This document shows, one piece after another, positions 1-9,787 of a stretch of DNA of 32,000 nt; positions within the stretch are counted from its first letter, which is position 1; the number at the start of each line of letters is the position of its first letter. The stretch comes from Candidatus Heimdallarchaeota archaeon. Lineage in GTDB: Archaea; Asgardarchaeota; Heimdallarchaeia; JABLTI01. The notes beneath the pieces are model-generated. The model ran no database searches. It was given only the letters and a program-made list of their open reading frames with translations, and was not told the origin of the DNA. The stretch spans positions 1 through 32,000 of the forward strand of contig JAUWKS010000031.1 of the NCBI GenBank assembly GCA_030614005.1. The letters are read 5' to 3'. Position numbers and translations under genes: made by a program.

Positions 1-2
1 GA

Positions 3-677
3 GCAGCAAACAATACTCTTCCTAAAGAAGATCTGAGTATTAATTTAATCCCTAATGGAACTGCAGGAATGGATTGGACCTTAAAAGAAGTGCTTAGTGG
101 TTTAACAATGAGTTTTTCATCATTCGCGGGTAAAGTAGTATTGCTTGAATTTTTCGAAACTACGTGCCCCCCTTGTTTAACGTTTTTAAAAGAGTTAAGA
201 GAAGTAAGAACCCAGTTTTCTTCGAGCGAATTAATTATGATTAGTGTTGATACTAATCCGGTTGAGAGTGAAGCTGAAATACAAGTATATGCTGAAGAAC
301 AGGATATAGATTGGTACATTTTTAGTGATACAGCTGGAATTCAAATTTTCTATGAGATAGCACAAATTCCCACATTTTACATTTTTAATAGTGACCAAAA
401 AGTCGTTTATTCAAATGATTTTCCAACAGATGCTGAAATTATAATAAGTGAAATAAACGTACTTTTAGACAGTCCACAAACGTCTACAAATCCTAATGGT
501 GAGCCAATTCCAGATTTTTGGGCTAGAAATTGGTATTGGTTTGTTATAGGTGGAGTTCTTCTCATTATTAGCGTGGGCATATCTGTGCAGAGGATAAGAA
601 TAGTAAATCATAATAAAAAAGTGCGCCAACAAAAAGCAGAAGAAAAACAGCGAAAATACAATAAGAGATATCATTAA
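3..677 (+). CDS. TlpA/ResA-like thiol-disulfide oxidoreductase (redoxin) with C-terminal membrane anchor; probably 5'-truncated by the window edge
   Basis: CPPC motif in VVLLEFFETTCPPC context; cis-Pro motif QIPTFY; C-terminal hydrophobic helix then basic tail. The frame is open from position 3 (AANNTLPKEDL...) with no stop before the ATG at 69. Confidence 0.8.
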   Translation, partial: AANNTLPKEDLSINLIPNGTAGMDWTLKEVLSGLTMSFSSFAGKVVLLEFFETTCPPCLTFLKELREVRTQFSSSELIMISVDTNPVESEAEIQVYAEEQDIDWYIFSDTAGIQIFYEIAQIPTFYIFNSDQKVVYSNDFPTDAEIIISEINVLLDSPQTSTNPNGEPIPDFWARNWYWFVIGGVLLIISVGISVQRIRIVNHNKKVRQQKAEEKQRKYNKRYH

Positions 678-697
678 GATTTAAGCAATTAGCAAAT

Positions 698-735
698 AAT
701 TCAACACATTAAATTTACTATCTATGTGTTGAATT
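698..735. other. Perfect 12-bp inverted repeat (hairpin or operator) in intergenic region
   Basis: AATTCAACACAT (698-709), 14-nt spacer, ATGTGTTGAATT (724-735). Confidence 0.6.
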
Positions 736-827
736 TATCAATTTATTTTTAAGATTATGAAAATTCTACTATAATTATTGTTGACCAATAATTTTAAGAG
801 AGTTCTTAAAGAGTAGATTATACTTAG

Positions 828-1421
828 GTGAAAATGATGAAAGAAGAATTAATTGCATTGCTCAAAGAATTGGAAGAAAAGGATTTGGTAGAACGAGCTA
901 AAGGTCTTCCGGTAAGTGTTCGAATGAGAAACATAACTCCTGATGTTGGGCTATTTTTGAATATCATGGTAAAGACTTCAAAAGCAGTGAATTTGCTCGA
1001 GATAGGAACATCTACTGGGTATTCTACAATTTGGCTTGCTCTTGCAGCGAAAGAAAATAACGGAAAAATAACTACTTTGGAATATGACCCTCGAAAGGTA
1101 AAAATGGCAACGGAACATATTAGGAGAGCCAACTTGGAAGATATTGTTACAATTATTGAAGGTGATGCAAAAGCGACGATTAAAAGCTTAGATCAAGAAT
1201 TTGATTTTATTTTTATTGATGCAGAAAAAGAGGATTATATTGAATATTTTGATCTTGTATTTCCTAAACTAAAAGTTGGTGGTATTATAATCGCTGACAA
1301 TGTTATATCTCATTCTGATTCACTGAAAGAATACGTAGACTATGTGAGAGCAAATCCAAATACCCAAAGTGTACTTATTCCTGTAGGTCGAGGTGAAGAA
1401 TTAACATTAAAAATACGTTGA
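828..1421 (+). CDS. Class I SAM-dependent O-methyltransferase (caffeoyl-CoA OMT/TrmR-like family)
   Basis: LLEIGTSTGYST motif I, TLE motif II, DFIFIDAEK and IIADN motifs. GGTGA RBS suggests the true start is the ATG at 834 or 837. Confidence 0.9.
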   Translation: MKMMKEELIALLKELEEKDLVERAKGLPVSVRMRNITPDVGLFLNIMVKTSKAVNLLEIGTSTGYSTIWLALAAKENNGKITTLEYDPRKVKMATEHIRRANLEDIVTIIEGDAKATIKSLDQEFDFIFIDAEKEDYIEYFDLVFPKLKVGGIIIADNVISHSDSLKEYVDYVRANPNTQSVLIPVGRGEELTLKIR

Positions 1422-1527
1422 ATAACTGGTGTTACGATTAAATATTGCGAGGAAACCAAAATTTTATTATCTCTACTTCTGTGTAAGCGTAGTAGATATA
1501 TGAAATTAGACAGATAGATAGGAGCAA

Positions 1528-3546
1528 TTGTTCTTGCAGCGAAAAAAAGTACTTTTAGTTAGTGGCATCATTACAGTTTTACTATTTGTAATCCAGATTG
1601 GTTTAGTTGCTGGTATTACTTTAATGGTTGACCCGAGCAATGATGTTCAATATTATGAAGATGCGGTGTACAAGAAAAAGGGGAATTTTCACGAAGAAAT
1701 TGATATTATTGGTATCACCTTTGTTGGTCTGAAAATTAATCTTCACTTAGAGGACACACCTGTTATTAATGATGGAAAACATTTCTATCAAGTGGAAATC
1801 TATTGGAATTCCGGAACGTATGCCAATAGTACTGTGATAAAAGTTGGCGGTGTTTTAGGTCAAGATTATGAGGACACTATTACCACTAATTTAGTGAATG
1901 GAACCGGACACAGTATTGAATCATATCCGCTTTCTTACCCATTAGTATCTGAGAATTCTACTATCGTGTCTTCTAATAAGCTAACTTGGGAATTATACAT
2001 AAATGATATTTCAAATGTTGCAAAACCAGCAATAGTGAATGCAACATCTTATTACAAATCAGTTACCGATGATGGAACAAATGAATACAAGGATTTTGCT
2101 TCTAGTGAAGATGCTCCTCCGATATTCAGCACAGCAAATCTCTTACCACTTATAGGGACACTTTTAGTCTGTGGATTTGCCGGCTATACTCTAGGATCAA
2201 TTACTGTATATTATTTAACTACAAATATCAAAGCAAAAGAAAAGAATGCACTATTCATGGGTGCAACAACATTTTTACTTGCAATTGTAGTCAATTGGCT
2301 TTTCTGGGTAACCCCCTGGCAGATTCTCTGGAATGCCATTATTTACCTACTAGCTACCGTTTTTGGCTTTATTTGGGCAAATAGAGGGATAATGAAGATT
2401 AAATTTCAATCACCATTACCCGACGGATTACCAATTGAATCTGACGAAAAGAAGAATGCAGTAATTATTCTTGCGAAAGGTGAATCTGAAGAATACACTC
2501 CAATACCAATGATTAGAAAATTCAACGCAAAAGTAGAAACAGGCGTACCTCAAAAGGGTAAGTTATTGCAACCATTCGAGTTCTTTAAGGTTAAGAGGAA
2601 ATATGCTAAGATTAGTGGTTCATTAGACGAACTTTCCGCAGAAGAGATACGAGGAAATATTGGTGGAAATCCATACAAGAAAATAATGAAGAAAGTAGTC
2701 AAAAAAATAGAAGGCTCATTCTTAGATGTGGATGAATATCAAGAAGCTTTTGTCAATGATTGGCCTACTCTTAATCAAGCATTATTGCGTACAATATCTA
2801 TTGGTGCTGACAATATAACAATTCTTAATTTATTTATGGCAGATAACTTCGAATATCAATTAGCCATCGATGAAATGAAAAGAATTGATTTCTCACAAAT
2901 AGGTGTAACAATTAAGATAACAGATTTTCTAGCAAAATCAGCAGACATGCAATCATATATTGCTAAGAAAGTAACAGAAGCTGTTCCTGAACACTTAGCT
3001 AAAGATAAAGTAGGAATTATTCTTGTTGCTGATGGACAACCAACACAATGGGATAAAACGTATCCTTTAACTGAAGAAGAAAACAATTTCGTAACTGGCA
3101 TTAAAGGAAAATTGCAAAAAGCCGGTTTCAGGGAAAGATTAATCCTAAGTGCTTGGATAGAAGAACGAGATCCGACTATCATTGATGCATTCAACGACCT
3201 CAAAGAATCAAAATGTATAACCATCGTTACCGTAGCAACAACAACTCCAGTTGATTGTATAGACTCATTGGTAGAAGTTGCAATGGCCCTAGAAAAACCA
3301 GCAAAAGATGCAGATATTGATCTTATCTCAGTAGGTGCATGGAATGATGATGAAGAAGTAATTAATGCCTATCTCGGTTTAATAACTGAAGCAAAAGAAA
3401 TGCCTCTAGAAGAATTAGGTCAAGATGCTTCAATTGTCCTCCAAGCCACAACCACTGGAGCAAAACTATCTAATGCACAAGAGGAAGTAGAAAAAGTTCC
3501 TGCTAAGGAAGATTCTGAGTCAGAAAAATCTGAAGAAGAACAATAA
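1528..3546 (+). CDS. Membrane protein: signal/TM + extracellular beta-rich domain + 3 TM + C-terminal ferrochelatase (HemH)/class II chelatase-like domain
   Basis: TTG start after GGAG; hydrophobic N-terminus; three hydrophobic segments mid-protein; chelatase-like motifs VIILAKG, VGIILVADGQP and VDCIDSLVEV, with catalytic positions apparently substituted. Confidence 0.65.
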   Translation: MFLQRKKVLLVSGIITVLLFVIQIGLVAGITLMVDPSNDVQYYEDAVYKKKGNFHEEIDIIGITFVGLKINLHLEDTPVINDGKHFYQVEIYWNSGTYANSTVIKVGGVLGQDYEDTITTNLVNGTGHSIESYPLSYPLVSENSTIVSSNKLTWELYINDISNVAKPAIVNATSYYKSVTDDGTNEYKDFASSEDAPPIFSTANLLPLIGTLLVCGFAGYTLGSITVYYLTTNIKAKEKNALFMGATTFLLAIVVNWLFWVTPWQILWNAIIYLLATVFGFIWANRGIMKIKFQSPLPDGLPIESDEKKNAVIILAKGESEEYTPIPMIRKFNAKVETGVPQKGKLLQPFEFFKVKRKYAKISGSLDELSAEEIRGNIGGNPYKKIMKKVVKKIEGSFLDVDEYQEAFVNDWPTLNQALLRTISIGADNITILNLFMADNFEYQLAIDEMKRIDFSQIGVTIKITDFLAKSADMQSYIAKKVTEAVPEHLAKDKVGIILVADGQPTQWDKTYPLTEEENNFVTGIKGKLQKAGFRERLILSAWIEERDPTIIDAFNDLKESKCITIVTVATTTPVDCIDSLVEVAMALEKPAKDADIDLISVGAWNDDEEVINAYLGLITEAKEMPLEELGQDASIVLQATTTGAKLSNAQEEVEKVPAKEDSESEKSEEEQ

Positions 3547-3558
3547 AACAAATAAGAT

Positions 3559-3605
3559 ATGAGCTGCCTTTCAAGGTAACTCATCTCTATCGTTTCTTTT
3601 TTTTT
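3559..3605 (+). terminator. Imperfect hairpin followed by a T-tract, probable terminator
   Basis: ATGAG...CTCAT arms with inner CC/GG pairing, followed by TTTCTTTTTTTTT downstream of the 3546 stop. Confidence 0.45.
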
Positions 3606-3713
3606 AATTTAACTAACGAGTTTTTCGAGAATACTTAATTACTCAAAAGTGAGACTATTTCGACTATCAAAAGGAATGTTTCATTTGAAATAATCAATTT
3701 GTGATGAGTAACT

Positions 3714-4670
3714 ATGAAGGATAAAGCCGTAATTGATGGACACACAGATGTTTTGCTTGCACTGATTCAACAAAGAAGAAAATTCTCAGAAGAATCCAAT
3801 AAGGGCCATGTTGATTTTCCTCGTATGAAAAAAGGCAATGTTGTTGCCGCTTTTTTCGCAATTTGGCCAGGCATTAATCAATATTATATGCAAAAAGGCA
3901 CTCGCCAACTTTTGGAATTAGTTGAAGAACCAAAGAACAATGCTATGTTTATCAAAAAACCTGACGATTTAGAAAAAGCGAATAAAGAAGGAAAAGTTGG
4001 TGTTATTTTTCACATCGAGGGTATTGGTGGTTTTGATACCGAATTTCATTTATTGAACATTCTTTATAGATTGGGATTGCGCTCGTTCGGAATCACTTGG
4101 TCCGATGTGAATATTTTCGGTTCGGGGTCTTCTTTTGACCCTAGCACTCCAGAGGATACTCGAGGTATTGCCGGTGAGGGACGTGAATTAATTCTAGAAG
4201 CAAATAAGCTAGGTGTTATTGTGGATGTTTCTCATCTTTCCGATAAAAGTTTCTGGGATGTCCTTGATATAACAAAGAAACCTATCATTGCTTCCCACTC
4301 AAGCTGCAGAGCAATTAGCCCTCTCTCTAGAAATCTAACTGATGAAATGATACACGCTTTAGCTGATAATGGTGGTGTTATGGGCATCAATTTTGGAAAT
4401 ATGTTTCTAAGAGAGGATTGTGGGCGTGGAGATGATACTCCATATACAAAAATCATTGATCACGTTGATCATGTTAAAAATCTTGTTGGTTCAGATCACG
4501 TAGCGTTTGGTAGTGATTTTGATGGTACCGGAGTTCCTGCAGAAGTAAAGGATGTCACGGGTTTCAATAAATTAGTTGCAGAGATGGAAGAACGAGGGTA
4601 TTCTAACGAAGATATCAACAAAATCTGCCATGGGAATTTTATTCGAATATTCAAAAAAGTTTGGAGATGA
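3714..4670 (+). CDS. Membrane dipeptidase family (peptidase M19, renal dipeptidase-like)
   Basis: DGHTD (HxD), HIEG, VDVSH, IASHS and FGSDFDG motifs. Confidence 0.92.
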   Translation: MKDKAVIDGHTDVLLALIQQRRKFSEESNKGHVDFPRMKKGNVVAAFFAIWPGINQYYMQKGTRQLLELVEEPKNNAMFIKKPDDLEKANKEGKVGVIFHIEGIGGFDTEFHLLNILYRLGLRSFGITWSDVNIFGSGSSFDPSTPEDTRGIAGEGRELILEANKLGVIVDVSHLSDKSFWDVLDITKKPIIASHSSCRAISPLSRNLTDEMIHALADNGGVMGINFGNMFLREDCGRGDDTPYTKIIDHVDHVKNLVGSDHVAFGSDFDGTGVPAEVKDVTGFNKLVAEMEERGYSNEDINKICHGNFIRIFKKVWR

Positions 4671-4684
4671 TTCTCCTTTTTCAT

Positions 4685-7600
4685 TTATATATTGGAGAAA
4701 TGAATTGTTATTTCTGTTCCTTTTCCTTCTTCACTTTCCAATGTAATATGACCATTGTGTGCTTGGATAATTTTTACTACAATTAACAATCCAAAAGATG
4801 AATAACGTTTTGTACTCCAAGACTCTATAATTTCCTTCTTCTTCTCATTTGAAATTCCTTTTCCATCATCTTTGATAATTATCCGTAACTCATCTCTATC
4901 CTTTTCGAATTTAATTTCAAGCTTTGAAGCTTCTGCATGTTTAACTATATTCATCATTAGATTTTCAAAAACTTGTCCTAGTTTCATCGGATCTCCGATT
5001 ATCGTAGGTAGTTTGTCAATTTTAATTTCAAGCTCAGGTTTTAATGAACAAACCCTTGTTTTTATATTTTCAACTAAATCATTTAGATTTACTTTTACTT
5101 TTTCCCCAAGAAATTCACCTTTTTTAGCTAGAAGTAATAAATCTTCGATAAAATCAGACATATCTTCAATACTTTCAGTAATTTTATGGCTATATTCTGT
5201 TTCAGACATTGAATTATATAAAGAAATAATTTGCATTTTTCCCCTAAGGTCATGTGCAATCGTTGAAGCGAACGATTCCAATTCATCTCTCTGTTTTTGT
5301 AATTCAATTTGTTGATTTTGTAGTTTCATTTCTACAGCTATTCTTTCAGTAATATCTGTTATTACCGCATATGTTCCTAGGAATTTCCCATCTGCATCCA
5401 AAATTGCTTTCGGAGAAACAATTGTCGGTATTAGTTTTCCATCTTTTCTTTTCCAATTGACTTCATATGGTCGATAAACACCCTTTTTCCTTTCATTGTT
5501 TTCCATTAAATATAATTCTTGACTTGCTTCATCTAAAAACTCAAATGCTTTTTTACCTACCATCTCTTCTTGGCTATAACCAAGCATTTCACTATATTTA
5601 ACATTGACATAGGTAATAAGACCATTTTCATCATCCATTCCAAAACCGTCATTCATTGATTCTACAAGATCTCTGAACCGCTCTTCACTTTCTTGAAGTT
5701 CTTCTTCTGTAAACTTTCGAAGCAATGCAACAGATGTTTGACTACAAAAAGCTTCAATAAGTTCTATGTTTTCTATTTGCTTTCCTTTTTTCATTACAAC
5801 GAGGACTGTTTCGGATACTTTTCCATCTTCACTAAAATCAAAAGAATACATATCACCTAGATTCAGCAATTTCCATAGAATTGTGCTTTGCTTTTTGCTT
5901 ATCGAGTTATTCGTAAGTTCATCAAGAGTGCAAGGGAGTTTTTTCATTTTTCCTATACTTTCCGCATTTAGATAACTCTTAGCTACTTTTACGGATATTT
6001 TATCTTGATTTTGCCCCAAAATATTAACAAGACCGTTTAAGTATCGGTTTATTCCTATTATTGCAGAAGCAGAAAATGTGTCACTTTCTTCATTATAAGA
6101 AGAGAAAATTACTATAGAATCTCCTGCGAGTTCATTTATTTTTTCAGCGATGAAATGATAAATATCCTTATCAGATGATAATCCAACAAATTCCATAGCG
6201 GAGTTTGAAATAAATCTCAAAGTGTTAATGTGTCTTGTTCTAATTTCTTCGACAATTTTCTTTTGAGTAATATCTCTGAAGATGATTTGTATTAGTTGTT
6301 TATCCCCAATTTCAATATAGTTTGCAGTAATTTCTACAGTGAATACTTTGTCTAACTGATTTCTTAAATCCATCTCAAATTTGGTAAATTTATTGTTTTG
6401 TAAATTCTTTATTTGCTCAAGAAATCTCTTTACATTTTGCTGAGGTAAAATATCAGTAATTTTTTTCTCTCGTAGAATATCTTCTTTAAATCCTAAAAAT
6501 TCCTCTGCTTTTTGGTTATTATCTATTATATCCAATTCAGGACTAAAAATAACAATTCCATCATTCGAATCACTAAATAAAATGCGATATTTTTCTTCAC
6601 TGTCATGCAAATCTTTCTCAGCTTTTCTTCTCAACAAAGCAACAGCGGTTTGATTTGCAAATGCTGAAAGTAATTCTCTATTTGGTAGATCTTTATTTTC
6701 TTTTACAGTAGGTGATATAAGAACTGAACCAAATAGTTTGCCTTTATGAGTAAAAGATACTGTATATATATCAGTTATTTTATGCAATTTGCGAATTAAT
6801 TTCTCCTGAACTTTAGAGATAAAGCCATTTGAAAGTTTATTCAATGTCATATTGAATTTCCCAATTGGATTAGCCTTAACAAAATCTCGAACATCTTTAG
6901 TAAGCTTCATTTTTATTCCAATTAGATCTATATTAAGAATTTTTTTAATTTCATTTTTTCGAAGTCCTATGAGAGTTTGTGTTGAGAAAATTTCGCTCTC
7001 ACTTTCATACGAAAATGTAATTACTATTGATTCCCCAACAATCTCTCTAATCTTCAATCCAATATATTCATAGATATTTTCATTTAACGGAAGACTTACG
7101 AAATTAACTGCAGTCTGGGAAAGGAACATTAGATCATTTATTCGTTTTTCCTTTTCCTCTTCCAATTCCACTTTTTGAGATACATCTCGGAAAATCACTT
7201 GAATATAATGCTTACCCTCTAGCTCAATTAATCTCGCATTAATTTCAGAAAGAAATTGAAAATTACTTTTTGTTTCTATATAAAGATTGAAGTTAGCATT
7301 ACCGGTTTCAATAATTTTCTTATAATAAACTGAAAAGCTTCGTTCATTCTTTTTGTTAATGAAATCACTGAACATCATAGTTTCCAATTCTTCTTGTGAG
7401 AATCCAAGAATTTCTGAAGATTTTTTGTTTGTGTCAATAATATTTCCTTGGAAATCAAACAATATTATTCCATCATTTAAATTATCTAGTAATCTTCTAG
7501 TGTTTTGTTCATTTTCTCTTAATTGTATTTCCATTTCTTTTTGTTCAGTTATATCACGAATAATCGTTATAACTCTAACAACTTCTCCATCTTCAATAAC

Positions 7601-9616
7601 AGGTATTTTTCTAGTTTCATTCATTACTTTGAAATCACTTACATAAGAAGTATCTTCTGAAATTACAATTTGCTTATTTTCAATTGCTTGTTTATATTCT
7701 TCACTGACACTCTTTGGCAGAAATGGAAAGACATCAAAAATTTTCTTACCAATAATATTGGAGTCAACATCCAAATTTTCAAGCCAATCTCTGAGACTTT
7801 TATTAGTTAGAATAATTCGCAAATCCTTATCTGCAACATGGATAGGTACACCCATTGAGTCTAAGGTTGAGCGATAGTTTTCTTCTGACATTACTAATGC
7901 GTTATTTGTTAACATCTCAGTTGTTCTATCTGTTACAAATATAAATCGATTAACAACATTTTCATCCTCATAAGCATAGTAGATTTTATTCTGAATGTAT
8001 TTCCTTTCACCATTTTGAGTTATAGTCCAGAAAGATGCTTCTTCAACCTGCTTACCTTCATCCCTTACTTTTTTTAATAATAACTCTAACTGAGGTTTTT
8101 CTTCAGGTGCGCATATCTCTAACAAATCAAAATTCATTAATTCTTCCATTGATCGACCATAAATTTCACATGTTTTATTGTTTAGAAATACTATATTATC
8201 CTTTTCAGCAATGATTATTCCTTGATCAACATTTTCTAATAATCTTTTATAGCGCGTTTGAAAAATTTTCAACGATTCTTGGGTTTTTATTTCATTGGTA
8301 ATGTCAATACCTGAGCTGAGGATACCAATTATTCTATTTTGCTGGTCTCTACGAATACCTGTTTTCCATCGAATAATTCTCTCTTCACCTGATTTTTTTA
8401 CAATTGGATTTGTTACTGTAGATATAGATTCGGGTTTTCCATTCATTAAAGCTTTAAATCTGGTATATACAATATTCCTATTTTTCTCAGGAACGAAATT
8501 TTCATACCAATTTTTACCTATGATTTCATCCTCTGAACGACCAAGAATCTCGCATCCTGTTCTATTTATCGTAACAACATTAGCGTTACAGTCTAATGAA
8601 ATAATCAGCGCATCAGCAAGATTGAGATATTTTTGTGTTCGATTTTTTTCTTCCATTAGATTTTGAGTCATTTGATATTGATTGCTAAATAACCGTGCAT
8701 TTTGAATGGAAACAGCAGCAACATTAGCCATGCCAGAAAGTAATTCAATATCAGCTTTAGAATAGGCATCATATCTATAACTTTGAACTTGCAAAACACC
8801 AATTATCTCACCAGCTATTTTCATTGGTACATAAACAGCTGACTTTGTAATTCCATCACTAGATGAAGATTTATCTAATTCCTCATTATCATTACTTCCG
8901 TTAGTGTTCTTATAAAAATCGGATTTGTATACGACTTCCCCTGATTCAATTACTTTTGTTTGTATTTCGCTTTCTCTGTGACCCAAAGGAATCGGTGGGA
9001 ACATCATTATGTCTAATACATTGCCTTCAATGAGTGTATAACCGTGTGAAATTGTTTTGTTTTCTTTGTTATAAAAATCAACAACGAATGTATCTGCGTC
9101 CATAATTGCATAAATATATTGAAATACAGTTTTGTAGATTTTATTTAAATCTCGAGTATCTCCAAGAGTTAATGCTAACTTATTGATTGAAATTTGCTGT
9201 TCAAGCAATCTTTTGCGTGCGAAATCTATTTGTTTTTTCTCGACTAATTTTTCAATTAAATTGACCAATTCTCTGAATTGACTTCTCGTCTCTCCTCCTT
9301 TTTGGAGGTAATAATCTGCACCAAGATTAAGTGCTTGGATGGCTACTTCTTCTCTGCCTTTACCTGTGAAAATTATAAAAGGAGTTTCGTTTCCCAAATC
9401 TCGTAATTTGGCAAGAAAATCTAAACCATTCATTTCTGGCATTTGGTAATCGGAAATTATAATATCAAAAGTTGTTGATTTTAATTTTGCTAGAGCCTTT
9501 TTTGCTGAATTAATTGGATAGATTTGAAATTTCTCGCTAAGTTTCTCTAAATAGAGTTTAGATGCATCTAGAAGTGTTTCTTCATCATCTACCAGCAAGA
9601 TTTCTATAATGTTCAA
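4685..9616 (-). CDS. Hybrid sensor histidine kinase: REC-GAF-4xPAS-GAF-like-PAS-GAF-like-PAS-HisKA-HATPase
   Basis: N-terminal receiver (LLVDDE, IISDYQMP, FTG, YLQKG); six PAS-like segments ending in DIT/DRT/DVS; H-box AHDLR, N-box FENLMMN, G1 DDGKG; TTG start after GAGG. Confidence 0.92.
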   Translation of the reverse strand: MNIIEILLVDDEETLLDASKLYLEKLSEKFQIYPINSAKKALAKLKSTTFDIIISDYQMPEMNGLDFLAKLRDLGNETPFIIFTGKGREEVAIQALNLGADYYLQKGGETRSQFRELVNLIEKLVEKKQIDFARKRLLEQQISINKLALTLGDTRDLNKIYKTVFQYIYAIMDADTFVVDFYNKENKTISHGYTLIEGNVLDIMMFPPIPLGHRESEIQTKVIESGEVVYKSDFYKNTNGSNDNEELDKSSSSDGITKSAVYVPMKIAGEIIGVLQVQSYRYDAYSKADIELLSGMANVAAVSIQNARLFSNQYQMTQNLMEEKNRTQKYLNLADALIISLDCNANVVTINRTGCEILGRSEDEIIGKNWYENFVPEKNRNIVYTRFKALMNGKPESISTVTNPIVKKSGEERIIRWKTGIRRDQQNRIIGILSSGIDITNEIKTQESLKIFQTRYKRLLENVDQGIIIAEKDNIVFLNNKTCEIYGRSMEELMNFDLLEICAPEEKPQLELLLKKVRDEGKQVEEASFWTITQNGERKYIQNKIYYAYEDENVVNRFIFVTDRTTEMLTNNALVMSEENYRSTLDSMGVPIHVADKDLRIILTNKSLRDWLENLDVDSNIIGKKIFDVFPFLPKSVSEEYKQAIENKQIVISEDTSYVSDFKVMNETRKIPVIEDGEVVRVITIIRDITEQKEMEIQLRENEQNTRRLLDNLNDGIILFDFQGNIIDTNKKSSEILGFSQEELETMMFSDFINKKNERSFSVYYKKIIETGNANFNLYIETKSNFQFLSEINARLIELEGKHYIQVIFRDVSQKVELEEEKEKRINDLMFLSQTAVNFVSLPLNENIYEYIGLKIREIVGESIVITFSYESESEIFSTQTLIGLRKNEIKKILNIDLIGIKMKLTKDVRDFVKANPIGKFNMTLNKLSNGFISKVQEKLIRKLHKITDIYTVSFTHKGKLFGSVLISPTVKENKDLPNRELLSAFANQTAVALLRRKAEKDLHDSEEKYRILFSDSNDGIVIFSPELDIIDNNQKAEEFLGFKEDILREKKITDILPQQNVKRFLEQIKNLQNNKFTKFEMDLRNQLDKVFTVEITANYIEIGDKQLIQIIFRDITQKKIVEEIRTRHINTLRFISNSAMEFVGLSSDKDIYHFIAEKINELAGDSIVIFSSYNEESDTFSASAIIGINRYLNGLVNILGQNQDKISVKVAKSYLNAESIGKMKKLPCTLDELTNNSISKKQSTILWKLLNLGDMYSFDFSEDGKVSETVLVVMKKGKQIENIELIEAFCSQTSVALLRKFTEEELQESEERFRDLVESMNDGFGMDDENGLITYVNVKYSEMLGYSQEEMVGKKAFEFLDEASQELYLMENNERKKGVYRPYEVNWKRKDGKLIPTIVSPKAILDADGKFLGTYAVITDITERIAVEMKLQNQQIELQKQRDELESFASTIAHDLRGKMQIISLYNSMSETEYSHKITESIEDMSDFIEDLLLLAKKGEFLGEKVKVNLNDLVENIKTRVCSLKPELEIKIDKLPTIIGDPMKLGQVFENLMMNIVKHAEASKLEIKFEKDRDELRIIIKDDGKGISNEKKKEIIESWSTKRYSSFGLLIVVKIIQAHNGHITLESEEGKGTEITIHFSNI

Positions 9617-9787
9617 TTTATAACCTCTGAGATAGTTAGTTCAAAGATGTTTACAATGCTTTATACAGTTTGACTATTTAATTGTTTTAGTTTTGAGGCA
9701 AAAGGCATATTTACTTGTCAAACTTTATAACAAATAGTTACTTGTTTAATTATTGATGGAATAAGATAAATTTAACTGATTAGTTAG

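Noticed and set aside
69-3546. Heme/cytochrome c maturation cluster (redoxin + methyltransferase + chelatase-like)
   Set aside because: No CcdA/Ccm/ResB/ResC or CxxCH proteins nearby, the chelatase-like domain lacks catalytic residues, and the gaps of >100 bp do not suggest one operon.
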